Below, piece after piece: positions 33,801 through 48,835 of a stretch of DNA of 64,000 nucleotides. Source of the DNA: the human T2T-CHM13v2.0 reference genome, Homo sapiens; assembly GCF_009914755.1 (NCBI RefSeq), contig NC_060936.1; one strand, written 5' to 3'. The notes below the pieces were generated by a model that worked only from the letters and a program-made list of their open reading frames with translations, ran no database searches and was not told the origin of the DNA. Position 1 is the stretch's first letter; every line of letters begins with the position of its first letter. A program made the position numbers and the translations under genes.

Positions 33801-35742
33801 TCCTTTCCAGATTTTTTTTCTTCTTTCAGTCTCCCAGTCTTAACTCATTTCAGCATTAACTCAGAAGTTCAAAGTCCAAAGTTTCATCTGAGACAAAGTA
33901 AGCCCCTTCTACCTATGAGCCTGTAAAATCAGAAACGAGTTAGTTACTTTCAAGACACAGTGTGGGTACAGGCATTGGGTAAGTGCTCCCATTCTGAATG
34001 GGAGAAATTGGCCAAAACAAAGGGGCTACAAGCCTCAATGCAAGTTCATAATTTAGCAGGGCAGTCATTAAATCTTAAAGCTTCAAAATAATCTCCTTTG
34101 ACTCCACATCCCACATCCAGGGCACACTGATGCAAGGGGTGGGCTCCCAAGGCCTTGGGCAGCTCCTCCCCTGTGGCTCTACAGGGTACAGCCCCTGTAG
34201 CTGCTTTCACAGGCTGGTGTTGAGTGCCTGCGTCTTATCTAGGTGCATGGTGCAAGCTGTCAGTGGTTCTACTGTTTTGAGGTCTGAAGGACAGTGACCC
34301 TCTTCTCACAGCACCACTAGACAGTGCCCCAGTGGGGTCACTGTGTGGGGGCTCCAACCCCACATTTCTCCTCTGCCCTATGCTGTAGAGGTTCTCCATG
34401 AGGGCTCTGCCCCTGCAGCAGACTTCTGCCTGGACATCCATCTATTTCCATACATGCTTTGAAATCTAGGCGGAGGTTCCCAAACTCTTGCCTTCTGCAT
34501 ACCCACAGGCCCAACACCACATGGAAGCTGCCAAGGCTTGGGGCTTGCACCCTATGAAGCAATGGCCTGAGCTGTACCTTGACACCTTTTAGCCATGGCT
34601 GGAGCTGGAGCAGCTGGGACACAGGGTACCATGTCTCGAGGCTGCAGAGAGCAGCATGGCTCTGGGTCTGGCCCATGAACCCATTTTTCCCTCCTAGGCC
34701 TCCAAGCCTGTGATGGGAGGGGCTGCCACAAAGATCTTAGAAATTCCCTGGAGACATTTTTCTCACTGACTTCACTATTAACAATTGGCTCTTTGTTACA
34801 TATGCAAATTTATATAGCTGTCTTGAATTTCTCCCCAGAAAATGGGTTTTCTTTTCTGCTACAGGGTCAGGCTACACATTTTCCAAACTTTTGTGTTCTG
34901 CTTCCCTCTTAAATATAAGTTCTAATTTCAGACCATCTCTTTCTTCATGTATATGAATGTACACTTTTAGAAACAGCCATGTTACATCTTGAGTGCTTTG
35001 TTGCTTAGAAATTTATTCTGTCAGATACCTTAAATCATGTCTCAAGTTCAAGTTCCACAAATCTCTAGGGCAAGGGCAAAATGCTGCCAGCCTCTTTGCT
35101 AAAGCATAGCAAGAGTGACTTTTACTCCAATTCCCAATAAGTTCCTCATCTCTAGATGAGACCACCTCAGCCTGGACTTTATTGTCCATATCACTATGAA
35201 CATTTTGGTCAAAACCATTCAACAAGTCTCTAGAAGGTTCCAAACTTTCCCACATCTTCCTATCTTCTTCTAAGCCCTCCAAACTGTACAAACCTCTGTC
35301 CATTACCCCATTCCAAAGTCATTTCCACTTTTCAGGTGTCTTTATAGCAGTGGTTCACTCTGCTGGTACCAATTTTCTATATTAACCAATTTTCACACTG
35401 CTATAAAAAGAACTACCTGAAACTAGGTAACTATAAAGAAAAGAGTTCTAACTGACTTACAGTTCCACATAGCTGGGGAGGCCTCAGGAAACTTACAATC
35501 ATGGCAGAAGGTGAAAGGAAAGCAAGGCACATCTTACATGGTGGCAGGAGAGATAGAGTGAGGGGAGAAGTGCCACACTTTTAAACCATCAGATCTTGTG
35601 AGAACTCAGTCAATATCATGAGACCAGCATGGGGGAAATCCACCCCCATGATCTAATCACTCCCATCAAGTCCCTCCCCTGACATGTGAGGGTTAAAATT
35701 TGACATGAGATTTGGGTGGGGACACAGAGCCATACCATATCA
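30864..35742 (-). mobile_element. Complete THE1D-like MaLR provirus (LTRs 30864-31226 and 35378-35742; internal region ~1.6 kb, split by an insertion)
   Basis: Two direct LTRs; 5-bp TSD gcatg (30859-30863 / 35743-35747). Confidence 0.93.
31310..33826 (-). mobile_element. Chimeric retrocopy: L1PB-type 5'UTR + 5' part of ORF1 (33826-31690) joined to a non-L1, MIR-containing 3' segment, ATTAAA and poly(A)
   Basis: TSD cagtc(c/t)cccagtctt at 31295-31309 and 33827-33841; T-run 31308-31323; tttaat at 31339-31344; MIR core at ~31360-31580. Confidence 0.88.
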
Positions 35743-35832
35743 GCATGTACGTATCATTATGTAGTATGATTTATATTCCATTGGGCATATACCTAATAAT
35801 GGGATTGCTAGGTCAAATGGTTATTCTATTTC

Positions 35833-36084
35833 ATTTTTTTATTTTTATTTTTTATTATACTTTGAGTTTTAGGGTACATGTGCACAACGTGCAGGTTTGT
35901 TACATATGTATACATGTGCCATGTTGGTGTGCCACACCCATTAACTCATCATTTAACATTAGGTATATCTCCTAATGCTATCCCTCCCCACTTCCCCCAC
36001 CCCACAACAGGCCCCAGTGTGTGATGTTCCCCTTCCTGTGTCCATGTGTTCTCATTGTTCAATTCCCACCTATGAGTGAGAACA
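35833..36084 (-). mobile_element. L1PA4/5-like 3' fragment
   Basis: Young L1 3'UTR with T tail; no clear TSD. Confidence 0.92.
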
Positions 36085-36320
36085 TTAAGTTCTTTGAGAA
36101 GTCTCCAAATTGCTTTCCAGAGTGGTTGAACTAATTTGCATTCCCATCAGCAGTGTATAATTGTTTCCTTTTCCCTGCAACTTTGCCAGCATCTGTTATT
36201 TTTTGACTGTTTAATAATTGCAATTTTGACTGGTGTGAGATGGTATCTCATTGTTGTCTTGATTTGCATTTCTCTAATGTTTAGTGATGTGCAACATTTT
36301 TCAAAATGTTTGTTGGCTGC

Positions 36321-36730
36321 CCAAATGTCCATCAGTGATAGACTGGATTAAGAAAATATGGCACATATACACCATGGAATACTATGCAGCTGTAACAAAG
36401 GATGAGTTCATGTCCTTTTTAGGGACATGGATGAAGCTGGAAACCATCATTCTCAGCAAACTATCGCAAGGACAGAAAACCAAACACCGCATGTTCTCAC
36501 TCATAGGTGGGAATTGAACAATGAGAACACTTGGACACAGGAAGGGGAACATCACACAACAGGGCCTGTTGTGGGGTAGGGGGAGGGCGGAGAGATAGTA
36601 TTAGGAGAAATACCTAATGTAAATGATGAGTTAATGCATGCAGCACACCAACATGGCACATGTATACATATGTAACAAACCTGCACATTGTGCATATGTA
36701 CCCTAGAACTTAAAGTATAATAATAAAAAG
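36321..36730 (+). mobile_element. L1PA5-like 3' fragment
   Basis: Perfect 18-bp TSD aaaatgtttgttggctgc (36303-36320 / 36731-36748). Confidence 0.96.
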
Positions 36731-38349
36731 AAAATGTTTGTTGGCTGCTTGTATGTCTTCTTTTGAGAAGTTTCTGTTCATGTCCTTTGCCCACTTTTTA
36801 ATGGGGTTGTTTTTTGTATGTTGAATTGCTCCTTATAGATTCTGGATATTAAAACTTTGTCAGATGCAAACTTTGCAAATATTTTCTTCCATTCTGTAGG
36901 TTGTCTGTTTACTCTGTTGATAGTCTATTTTGCTATGCAGAAGGTTTATTAGGACTCACTTGTCAATTTTTGTTTTAGTTGCAATTGCTTTTGGTGTCTT
37001 TGTTATGGAACCTTTGCTAGGGCCTATGTCCACAGTGGTATTTCCTAGGATTTCTTCTAGGATTTTTATAACTTTAGACTTTACATTAAAGTCTTTAATC
37101 CATCTTGAGTTGATTTTTTTTATATGGTGAAAGGAAGGGATCTAGTTTCAATCTTCTGCATATGGCTGCCAGTTATCTCAGCATCATTTATTGAATAGGG
37201 AATCCTTTCCCCATTGCTTGTTGTTGTTGACTTTGTCAATGCTCAGATGGTTGTAGGTGTGTGGATTTATTTCTGGGTTCTCTAACCTGTTCCATTGCTC
37301 TATGTGTCTGCTTTTGTACCAATACCATGCTGTTTTGATTACTGTAGCCTTGTAGTATAGTTTGAAGTTGGGTAGTATAATACCTTTGACTTTGTTCTTT
37401 TTACTTAAGTTTGCTTTGGCTATTCAGGCTCTTTTTTGTTTCTATATACATTTTAGAATAGTTTTTTTCTGACTCTGTGAAAAGTGTCCATTGGTAGTTT
37501 GATAGGAATAGCATTGAATCTGTAAATTGTTTCGAGCAATATGGTCATATATTCTTCCTATACATGAGCATGAAATGTTTTCCCATTTGTTTATGGCATC
37601 TCCGATTTCTTTCAGTAGTGTTTTGTAATTCTCATAGTAGAGATCTGTCACTTCCCTCGTTAGCTGTATTCCCAGGTATTTTATTTTATTTTTGTGGCTA
37701 TTGTGAATTGGATTACATTCTTGATTTGACTCTCAGCTTAAAAATTGTTGGTGTATAGAAATGCTACTGATTTTTTATACATTGATTTTTTGTCATGAAG
37801 CTTTGAGGAAGTTGTTTATCAGATTTAGGAGCCTTTGGACAGAGACTATGGAGTTTTCTAGGTATAGATTTGTATCATCTGTGAAGAGAGATAGTTTGAC
37901 TTCCCGTCTTCCTATTTAGATGCCTTTTATTTCTTTCTCTTGCCTGATTGCTCTGGCTAGGACTTTCAGAACTGTGTTGAATAGGAGTGGTGGGAATGGG
38001 CATCCTTATCTGTTCCAGTTCTCAAGGGGAATGCTTCTAGCTTTTGCCTGTTCAGTATGATATTGGCTGTGGATTTGTCATAGATGGCATTTATTATTTT
38101 GAGGTATGTTCCTTCAATGTCTAATTTGTTGACAGTTTTTATCTTGAAGGGATGTTGAATTTTATCGAAGGCCTTTCCTGTGTCTATTGAGATGATCATG
38201 TGGTTTTTGTTTTTAGTTCTGTTTAGGTGATGAATCACATTTATTGATTTGCATATGTTGAACCAACCTTGCATCCCAGGGATAAAGCCTACTTGATCAT
38301 GGTGGATTATCTTTTTAATGAGCTGCTGGATTTGTTTTGGCAGTATTTT

Positions 38350-38697
38350 TAAAAATTTTTTTATTATACTTTAAGTTCTAGGGTACATGTGCACAATGTG
38401 CAGGTTTGTTACATGTGTATACATGTGCCATGTTGGTGTGCTGCACCCATTAACTCGTCATTTACATTAGGTATATCCCCTAATGCTATCCCTCCCCCCA
38501 ACCCCCACCCCACGACAGGCCCCAGTGTGTGATGTTCCCCTTCCTGTGTCCAAGTGTTCTCATTGTTCAATTTCCACATATAAGTGAGAACATGCAGTGT
38601 TTGGTTTTTTTGTCCCTGTGATAGTGCGCTAAGAATGATGGTTTCCAGCTTCATACATGTCCCTACAAAGGACATGGACTCATCCTTTTTTATGGGA
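38350..38697 (-). mobile_element. L1PA5-like 3' fragment
   Basis: 14-bp TSD tttggcagtatttt (38336-38349 / 38698-38711). Confidence 0.95.
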
Positions 38698-41600
38698 TTT
38701 GGCAGTATTTTGTTGAGGATTTTTGCATCTATGCTCATCAGGGGTGTTGGCCTAAAGTTTTAAAAAATTTTTTTGTCTCTGCCAGGTTTTGGTTTCAGAA
38801 TGATGCTGGCCTCATAGAATGAGTTACGGAGGAGTCCCTTCTCCTGACCTTTTTTTTTTGGAATAGTTTTAGTAGGATTGATACAGTTCTTCTTTATATG
38901 CCTGGTAGAGCTTGGCTGTGAGTCTGTCTTTTTCAGGGCTTTTTCTGGTTGGTAGGCTTTTTATTACTGATTCAGTTTTGAAACTCATTATTGGTATGTT
39001 CAGGGTATTAATTTATTCCTGGTTCAATCTTGGGAGGTTGTATGTTTCCAGGAATTTATCCACTTCTAGGTTTCCTAGTTTGTGCGCATAGAGGTGTTTG
39101 TAATAGTCTCTGAGGGTTTCTTGTATTTCTATGGGGTTGGTAGTAATGTACCCTCTGTCATTTCTGATTCTGTTTATTTGGATATTCCTTTTTTAAATTA
39201 GTTTAGCTGGCAGTCTATCTATCTTATTTATTCTTTAGAAGAACCACTTTTGATTTTGTTGATCTTTTGTATGGTTTTTCACATCTCTGTTTTGTTCATT
39301 TCAGGTCTGATTTTGGTTATTTCCTGTCTTCTGCTAGTTTTGGGGTTGGTTTGTCAGTTCCTTATTTTTAAAGTTCCTCTAGGTGTGATGTTAGGTTGTA
39401 AATTTGAGATCTTTCTAACTTTTTGATGAGGGCATTTAGCACCACAAACTTTCCTCTTAACACTGCTTTAACTGTTCCAGGGATTCTGGTATGCTGTATC
39501 TTTGTTTATATTAATTTCAAAGAATTTCTTGATTTCTGCTTTAATTTCATTCTTTACCCAAAAGTCATTCAGAACCAGATTGTTTAATTTTCATGTAATT
39601 GTATGGTTTTGAGAAATCTTCTTGTTATTGATTCTATTTTTATTGTGCTGTGCTCCAAGAGTGTGGTTGGTGTGATTTTGGTTTTCAAAAAGTTGTTGAG
39701 AATTGCTTTATGGCTGGGCATGTGGTCAGTTTTAGAATATGTACCACGTTTAGATGAAAAGAATGTATATTCTTTTACTGTTGGCTTGAGTGTTCCATAA
39801 TCTGTTAGGTCCATTTGGTGAAGTGTCAAGTTTAGGTACCAAATATCTTTGTTAGCTTTCTGCCTTGATGATCCACCTAGTACTGCCAGTGGGTTGTTGA
39901 AGTCTCCTGCTATTGTTGTGTGGTTATCTAAGTGTCTTCAAATCTTTTCTAAGAACTTGTTTTATGAATTTGGGTGCTCCAGTATTGGCTGCATATATAT
40001 TTGGGACAGTTCAGTCTTCTTGTTGAATTGAACTCTTTATCATTATGTAATGCCCTTCATTGTTCCTTTTGATTGTCATTAAAATCTTTTTTGTCTGAAA
40101 TAAGAATAGCAACTCCTATTCTTTTGTGTTTCCATTTGCTTGAGAAATTTTACTCCACCCATTTACTTTGAGCTTATGGGTGTCATTGCATGTGAGATGG
40201 GTCTCTTGACGGCATACATTTGGGTCCTGCTTCTTTATCCAGCATATCACTCTGTGCATTTTAAGTGGGGTGTTTAGCCCATTTATGTTCAAGGGTAATA
40301 TTGATATGTGTGGATTTTATCCTGTCATCATGTTGTTATATACTTAAGTGTATTTTTGTGGTGGCCGGTAATGGTCTTTCCTGTCCATGTTTGACATGAC
40401 CTTAAGGACCTCTTGTAAGACAAGTTTGGTGGCAATGAATTCTCTTAGCATTTGCTTGTCTGTAAAGGATTTTATTTCTCCTTTGCTTATGATGCTTAGT
40501 TTGAGTGGATATAAACTTCTTGGTTGGCATTTTTTTTCTCTTAGGCTGCTGAAAATAGGCCCTCAATCTCTTCTGGTTTGTAGGGTTCTACTAAAAGGTC
40601 TATTATTACCCTGATGGAGTTCCCTTTGTAGATGAAAGCCTCTTCCCTCTGGCTAGATTTACTATTTTTTCTTTTGCATTGACCCTGGAGAATCTGATGA
40701 CTATGTCTCCTGGGGATGGTAATCTTATATAGTATCTCATAGGGGTTTTCTGAATTTCCTGAGTTTGAATGTTGACTTCTGTAGCAAGGCTGGTGACATT
40801 TTCATGGGCAGTATTCTCAAATATGTTTTCCAAGTTGCTTGTTCTCTCTTTCTCTCTTTTTGGGATGCCAATGAGTTATAGGTTTTGTCTGTTTATATAA
40901 TTCCATATTTCTCAGAAATTTTGTTCATTTTTAAAACTTCTTTGTTTATTATTTTTGTCTGACTGAATTTATTTGAAAAACTGGTCTTTGAGCTCTGAGA
41001 TTCTTTCCTCAGCTTGGTGTATTCTGCTGTTAATACTTCTGATTATGTTATAAAATTATTGTAATAAGTTTTTCAGCTCTATCAGATCAGTTTGGTTCTT
41101 TCTTAAAATGGCTGTTTAATCTTTCAGCTCTTGAATCATTCTACTGGATTCCTTAGATTCCCTGGATTGGGTTTCATCTTTCTCCTGCGTCTCAGTGCTC
41201 TTAATTGCTATCCAGATTCTGAATTCTATGTCTGTCATTTCAGCCATTTGAGTCTGGTTAAGAACCATTATTGGGGACCTAGTGAAGTCATTTGGAGGTA
41301 AGAAGACACTCTAGTTTTCTAGCTTTTAGAGTTTCAGAGTTTTGTGCCTTTAAAAAAATATATATGTTTGGGCTCATGTTTCTTTAATCTTTAAAGTTGC
41401 TGTTTTTTTTTGGATGGGGCTTTTTGCTTTCATATTCTTTGATGCACTTGAGGGTTTGATGGTAATATAAGTTGGGTTTAGCTGACTGGCTTTGTTTCTG
41501 GATGATTTCAGGGGGCCGAGGCTCAGCTCAGCATTCTTGTACTATGTGCTGTGACCCTGGGGGTCTGGGACTAGGTCCATGGCTTTGTTCTCCATCCCCT

Positions 41601-42565
41601 TGAGGTTAAGCACCTACAGGACTGCAGGGGCTGAGATATTCCTGGTCTTCTGGTAACAACACTCTGACTGCAGAAGGTGCTGGCAAAACTACTTTGTCAG
41701 GGCAGTGACTGCAGAGCCTGTGCTTACATACACAAGCCAGCAATAGCAGGGTGGTTGTGTGGTAGGGTCTGCACCCATGCACTAGTGGCAGTGGTATGGT
41801 GGGGTCCCCATGTACATGTCAGTAGCAGTAGGATGATGGGGTTTGCGTGTGGACACATGTACCATCAAAGCAGTGGGGGGAGGCTGAGAGTGAGTGCATG
41901 TTGGCAAAGTGGTGGTGGTGGGGGTGGCTGTGGGTATGTGTGTGCTGGTGGGGGCCCATCTGCAGAAGCTTTCTAATGGTTAGACAAGATCTGCCTGCAA
42001 AAGAGTTATAGCAGTGACCACTGGGAAGCACTCTGGTTGGGCATCTTGAGGCTGCACTACAAGTGGGTGCAGCCAGGCAGGGCCCCTGGCAGAAGCCAGC
42101 AGATAGAAGGGTGCTTAGATCAGACTGGCCCCATCTCATGGGCAAGATAGCTCTGTTCTGTCCAAATCCAACAGTTAAGAAAGGCCAAATCCACGTAGAA
42201 GAGCCTGATGAGCCTTGGGGATACATGTCCCTGGCCATGCTCCACTGCAACCATTCCTATGCCAAACTCTCTGGGCTCCATGCAGTCCAATCTGATATAT
42301 TGTAATACATGTTATATGAATAGGGACCATGGGGTGGAGTTTCTGCAGTGACAGGAGATCTTTAAGATGGGTTACCACTATGTTACATTGTAGACAGAAT
42401 TCATAGAAGTCAGATTCTAGTCATGGCTAAATCTAGGCAAAATTGAAGTAGACATTATTCTTTTGTCTTTTCCCAGTTTCCTTATCTATGCTTTTCCCCC
42501 TTTCCTGAGTCTTCAACTCTGCTTGCTCAGGGTTTGCAGATGCTACTTTATTTCTTCTCACTTAG

Positions 42566-42618
42566 GAAAAAAGCTCATTCACATTTATGTTGTTACGGAT
42601 GACCATCCAGGGGAAACA
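42566..42618 (+). other. Candidate internal exon A (53 nt)
   Basis: Acceptor ctactttatttcttctcacttag|G; donor ACA|gtatgt; open in two frames. Confidence 0.35.
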
Positions 42619-42966
42619 GTATGTTGTAGGGGAAAAGAGCAAGCGTTTTAAGGCAGATGAAACAGGGTTTCAATCCTGTCTCTGCTTGTTGCATTTTATA
42701 AAAGGAATGCCTGGAAATGCCTGGATTGAGATTGCTGAACCCCAAATAATGTGTCACTAATGGAGAACTTTCAGGCACTGGGAAGGAAGATATTTCTGGG
42801 TTGAGGACACTTTTCACATGTCTCTCAAATTCTTCATTTAATCATTTAATTTTACATTTGGCAAGAAAATAAGAACTCTTTACAAAGTTTTCTCACATAA
42901 AAGAAAACATATTTGTAGGTGTTGAAAACAAAACAAACCCTTACAAATATCTCCTCATGTTGACAG

Positions 42967-43070
42967 GCATTACTACGTTTTTGTAGAAAGACTTTCAGAA
43001 GATGGAAAACCATACATCCTGTATGTCCAGGGGTTAAAGCAGACAGGACAGACTTTTTTTTGGCACTGGA
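42967..43070 (+). other. Candidate internal exon B (104 nt)
   Basis: Acceptor tctcctcatgttgacag|G; donor GGA|gtaagt; stays open when joined to A. Confidence 0.35.
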
Positions 43071-44519
43071 GTAAGTATGTCAAGTCTGGCCATATTTGCA
43101 TATGCTGTATTTTAAAATCATGTTTAAAAATGTCTCATATATTCTGAATCTGGCAAGTGGAAGGCAAGGAGGTCACCTGTACAGCTGGTGCAGGTAATAG
43201 AATTCCCATCAGGCACATTTTGAAGCTCCAAAGTAATGTGACAAATGGAACACTCCATCTGTTGGGAGCCCATTGAGATGAGCACCAGCTCCACAGACAC
43301 TTTAATATGGGTGGAATATTTTGATGGCAACCATTTATATTAAGTATCTTTAATTTCATTTACTTTCTGTGTAATTATTCTAGAAGTAGTCACAAATATG
43401 AACTGTACAGAAGCACATATGCTGGCAAGAATTTATAATATTTCTGTCTTAATGATACTACATGAAGAAAAATAATGGAAACATATTTTAACACAAGACA
43501 CTTTATAAATCATGCATTATTAAAAACTGTTTAATCAAAGCTTGGTGGCAGTTTACTCATAATATTCAAAATGACCATGAACAACTACATGAAGAATATT
43601 TAAGATAAGAAAATATAATAAACATTCTCTAAAACATGCTGTCATTTTAAACACCTTGGGTCACTAAAGAAAAAACATAGGTAATTAAACAGAAAAATCA
43701 TTTTTAGTGAATTATTAAATGTAATACATAACTGGATCTAGGTTTTCTCAGAAGAAGGGGCAGGCAAAAAAAATTTATCTGAATATAGGTGTTAGGATAG
43801 GTGAGATCACTGAAACTTCTACTAATAGTTAACACTTAGCTTCAATATTTGTACTGAACTCTGGTAGCCCTCATTTGGGAGCAGCAGTACTCAATCAAGA
43901 TACATCCTTTGTGAGGTGTGTCACAAGTAATTTATTATTAATAACAGTTACCCAAGTTTTAAAATGAATTACTTGTTAGAAATTATAGCAAATCCAAAGT
44001 GATCTGCATGATGATGTCATCCAAGGACATGGGTCTCTTTGGCACTTCTGTGAGTCTTCAAAGATGCGAGTGAGTTGGAGAAGGGGAAATTGTACACAAC
44101 CTGCAGCACATAACATCTGTACCAAAGCCCTTAATCTTGGTGCTACTCATGAATGCCATTCATCACGTATGTTGCAGTGGGTATAATAAGATTGGGAGCT
44201 GCCAAATACCTGATATGCAAAGGTTGGTTATGGTGCTAGAGATCCCTCGGGGGCTGGCCTGATAACCCTCCTGCTTCTTGCTTAGCTCTTCATAATCAGG
44301 GATGATGCTTAATGTTTCCAGAGGCTAGTGTTTCTGTTACTGTCTTTTAATTAAATGTCCTTCTACAACACTTGTGTGAAGAATGCTCACAAAGGAGAGC
44401 TCTTCCTTGGCCAGGAATGTATATTTTCCTGGATTATGGAGTCGGGGTCCAAGAAAAGCAAAATGTAACATCATTAGACGAAAGTAAGAAATAAAGCAGT
44501 GAGAAGCAATAATGGGCTC

Positions 44520-44720
44520 TTTATTGAGCTCTTTTTATGATTGATAATATTATATATTATTAAGTGCTTTAAACATACATTAATTGTTTCAACACTCCTC
44601 TGAAATAAGTATTACTATCTCCATTTTACCGATGGGGTAACTGAGCCTCAGGGAGGTTAAAAACCTCACTCAGGATTCCAGCCAGTGAGTGACAGAACCG
44701 GGTTGAAACCCATGACTTTG
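44520..44720 (-). mobile_element. MIR SINE
   Basis: 'ctccattttaccgatggggtaactgagcctcaggg'. Confidence 0.8.
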
Positions 44721-45764
44721 TGACAGTAATGGCCATAGTCATATCTGTTATGATGTATTGTTGCAAAGTAAGAGAAGTTCCCACACTCCATGAGTGTACC
44801 AGTTCAAAAGATGTAACAAAAATTGTCATTCTGTAATAACATTGACTTACACTTAAAAAAACTATTATGGATTTCAAAACTTTTCAAAGTTCTGGAAGAA
44901 AGACAGTCAGGAACTTTACAAATTATTGGTTTATAGTTCATACATTCAGTCTTCACAAAGTCCTAATTAGGCTTTCAGTATAGGGGACATTTTGAGGAAC
45001 AAGAGATGAGTCACGAGTTTGACCTCCAAAGATCAAGTTGTGGAGGTATCATGTATGATATATTTATGTGTGGAAATAACTTGAAACATCAAACCACAAG
45101 TTGAGCTTTCCTTCTCTTGTGACCATCCACCCATGTATTACCCAAGTCCAGACCCAATGGCAGTTTGCCAAGTGTGAGCCAAAATGAGTGTGGTCCCAGA
45201 AGAACTGGTTCATCTTCCTCTGGTCTGGAGGGGAAATACAAAGCCAGCAGAAGAGGCTTCTTTGAGACAGCAGAGTTCATGGAGTGTTACATTAGACACC
45301 TGGTCCCTTACCCTTTCTCCTTTCTGCAGGGGGTATGGAGGGTACTCGACCTGTTCTCTCTGCAACCCTCACCAGCCCAAGGGGTCCCAGGAGAGTGTTC
45401 CACGGGGTTTAAAGAGTGATTCTAGACATGGGGCTGCACGTATTTCTTGCCAGGAACTCTCACAAAGACTGGGGGCTGACAGTTTTACAGTACAATAGCT
45501 GAGTGGGAAACAACTGTGGAGTGGTGGAGCTGAGAGAGCTGGAGAGAGCGTGTGGCTCCCACCACATGACATGGCAAGGATACCTGACTTTTCTGCAGGC
45601 TCAGAACCACCTTCAGAGTTAGTGGGTCAGTGGCTGGTTTGCAATCCTGTCATTTCCCCCAGGATGTAGAGTCAGCAGGAAGGAAGAGAAAAATGCTGGA
45701 AAACAGATTTGGATGACATTGACTGTGATAGTAATTCCTAAATTAGATTAGAAAACACCACTGG

Positions 45765-46324
<560 letters not shown>

Positions 46325-46336
46325 CATGGACTTTCT

Positions 46337-48835
<2,499 letters not shown>

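Larger units (their letters stand above)
30340..42290 (-). mobile_element. Near full-length L1PA15/16-like LINE hosting multiple nested insertions
   Basis: Old-PA 3'UTR at 30345-30860, collinear ORF2 (35748-40330), ORF1 (~40400-41350), GC-richer 5'UTR to ~42290. Confidence 0.88.

Noticed and set aside
43124-43330. Minus-strand ORF with CSIC...CTSC as a RING/zinc finger
   Set aside because: Ligand number and spacing are incomplete; no splice or start support
42566-44069. Caspase-14/15-like or ABO-type glycosyltransferase identity for the candidate exons
   Set aside because: Only short motif resemblances; no in-frame SHG or QACRG, and intron positions do not fit the families as I recall them
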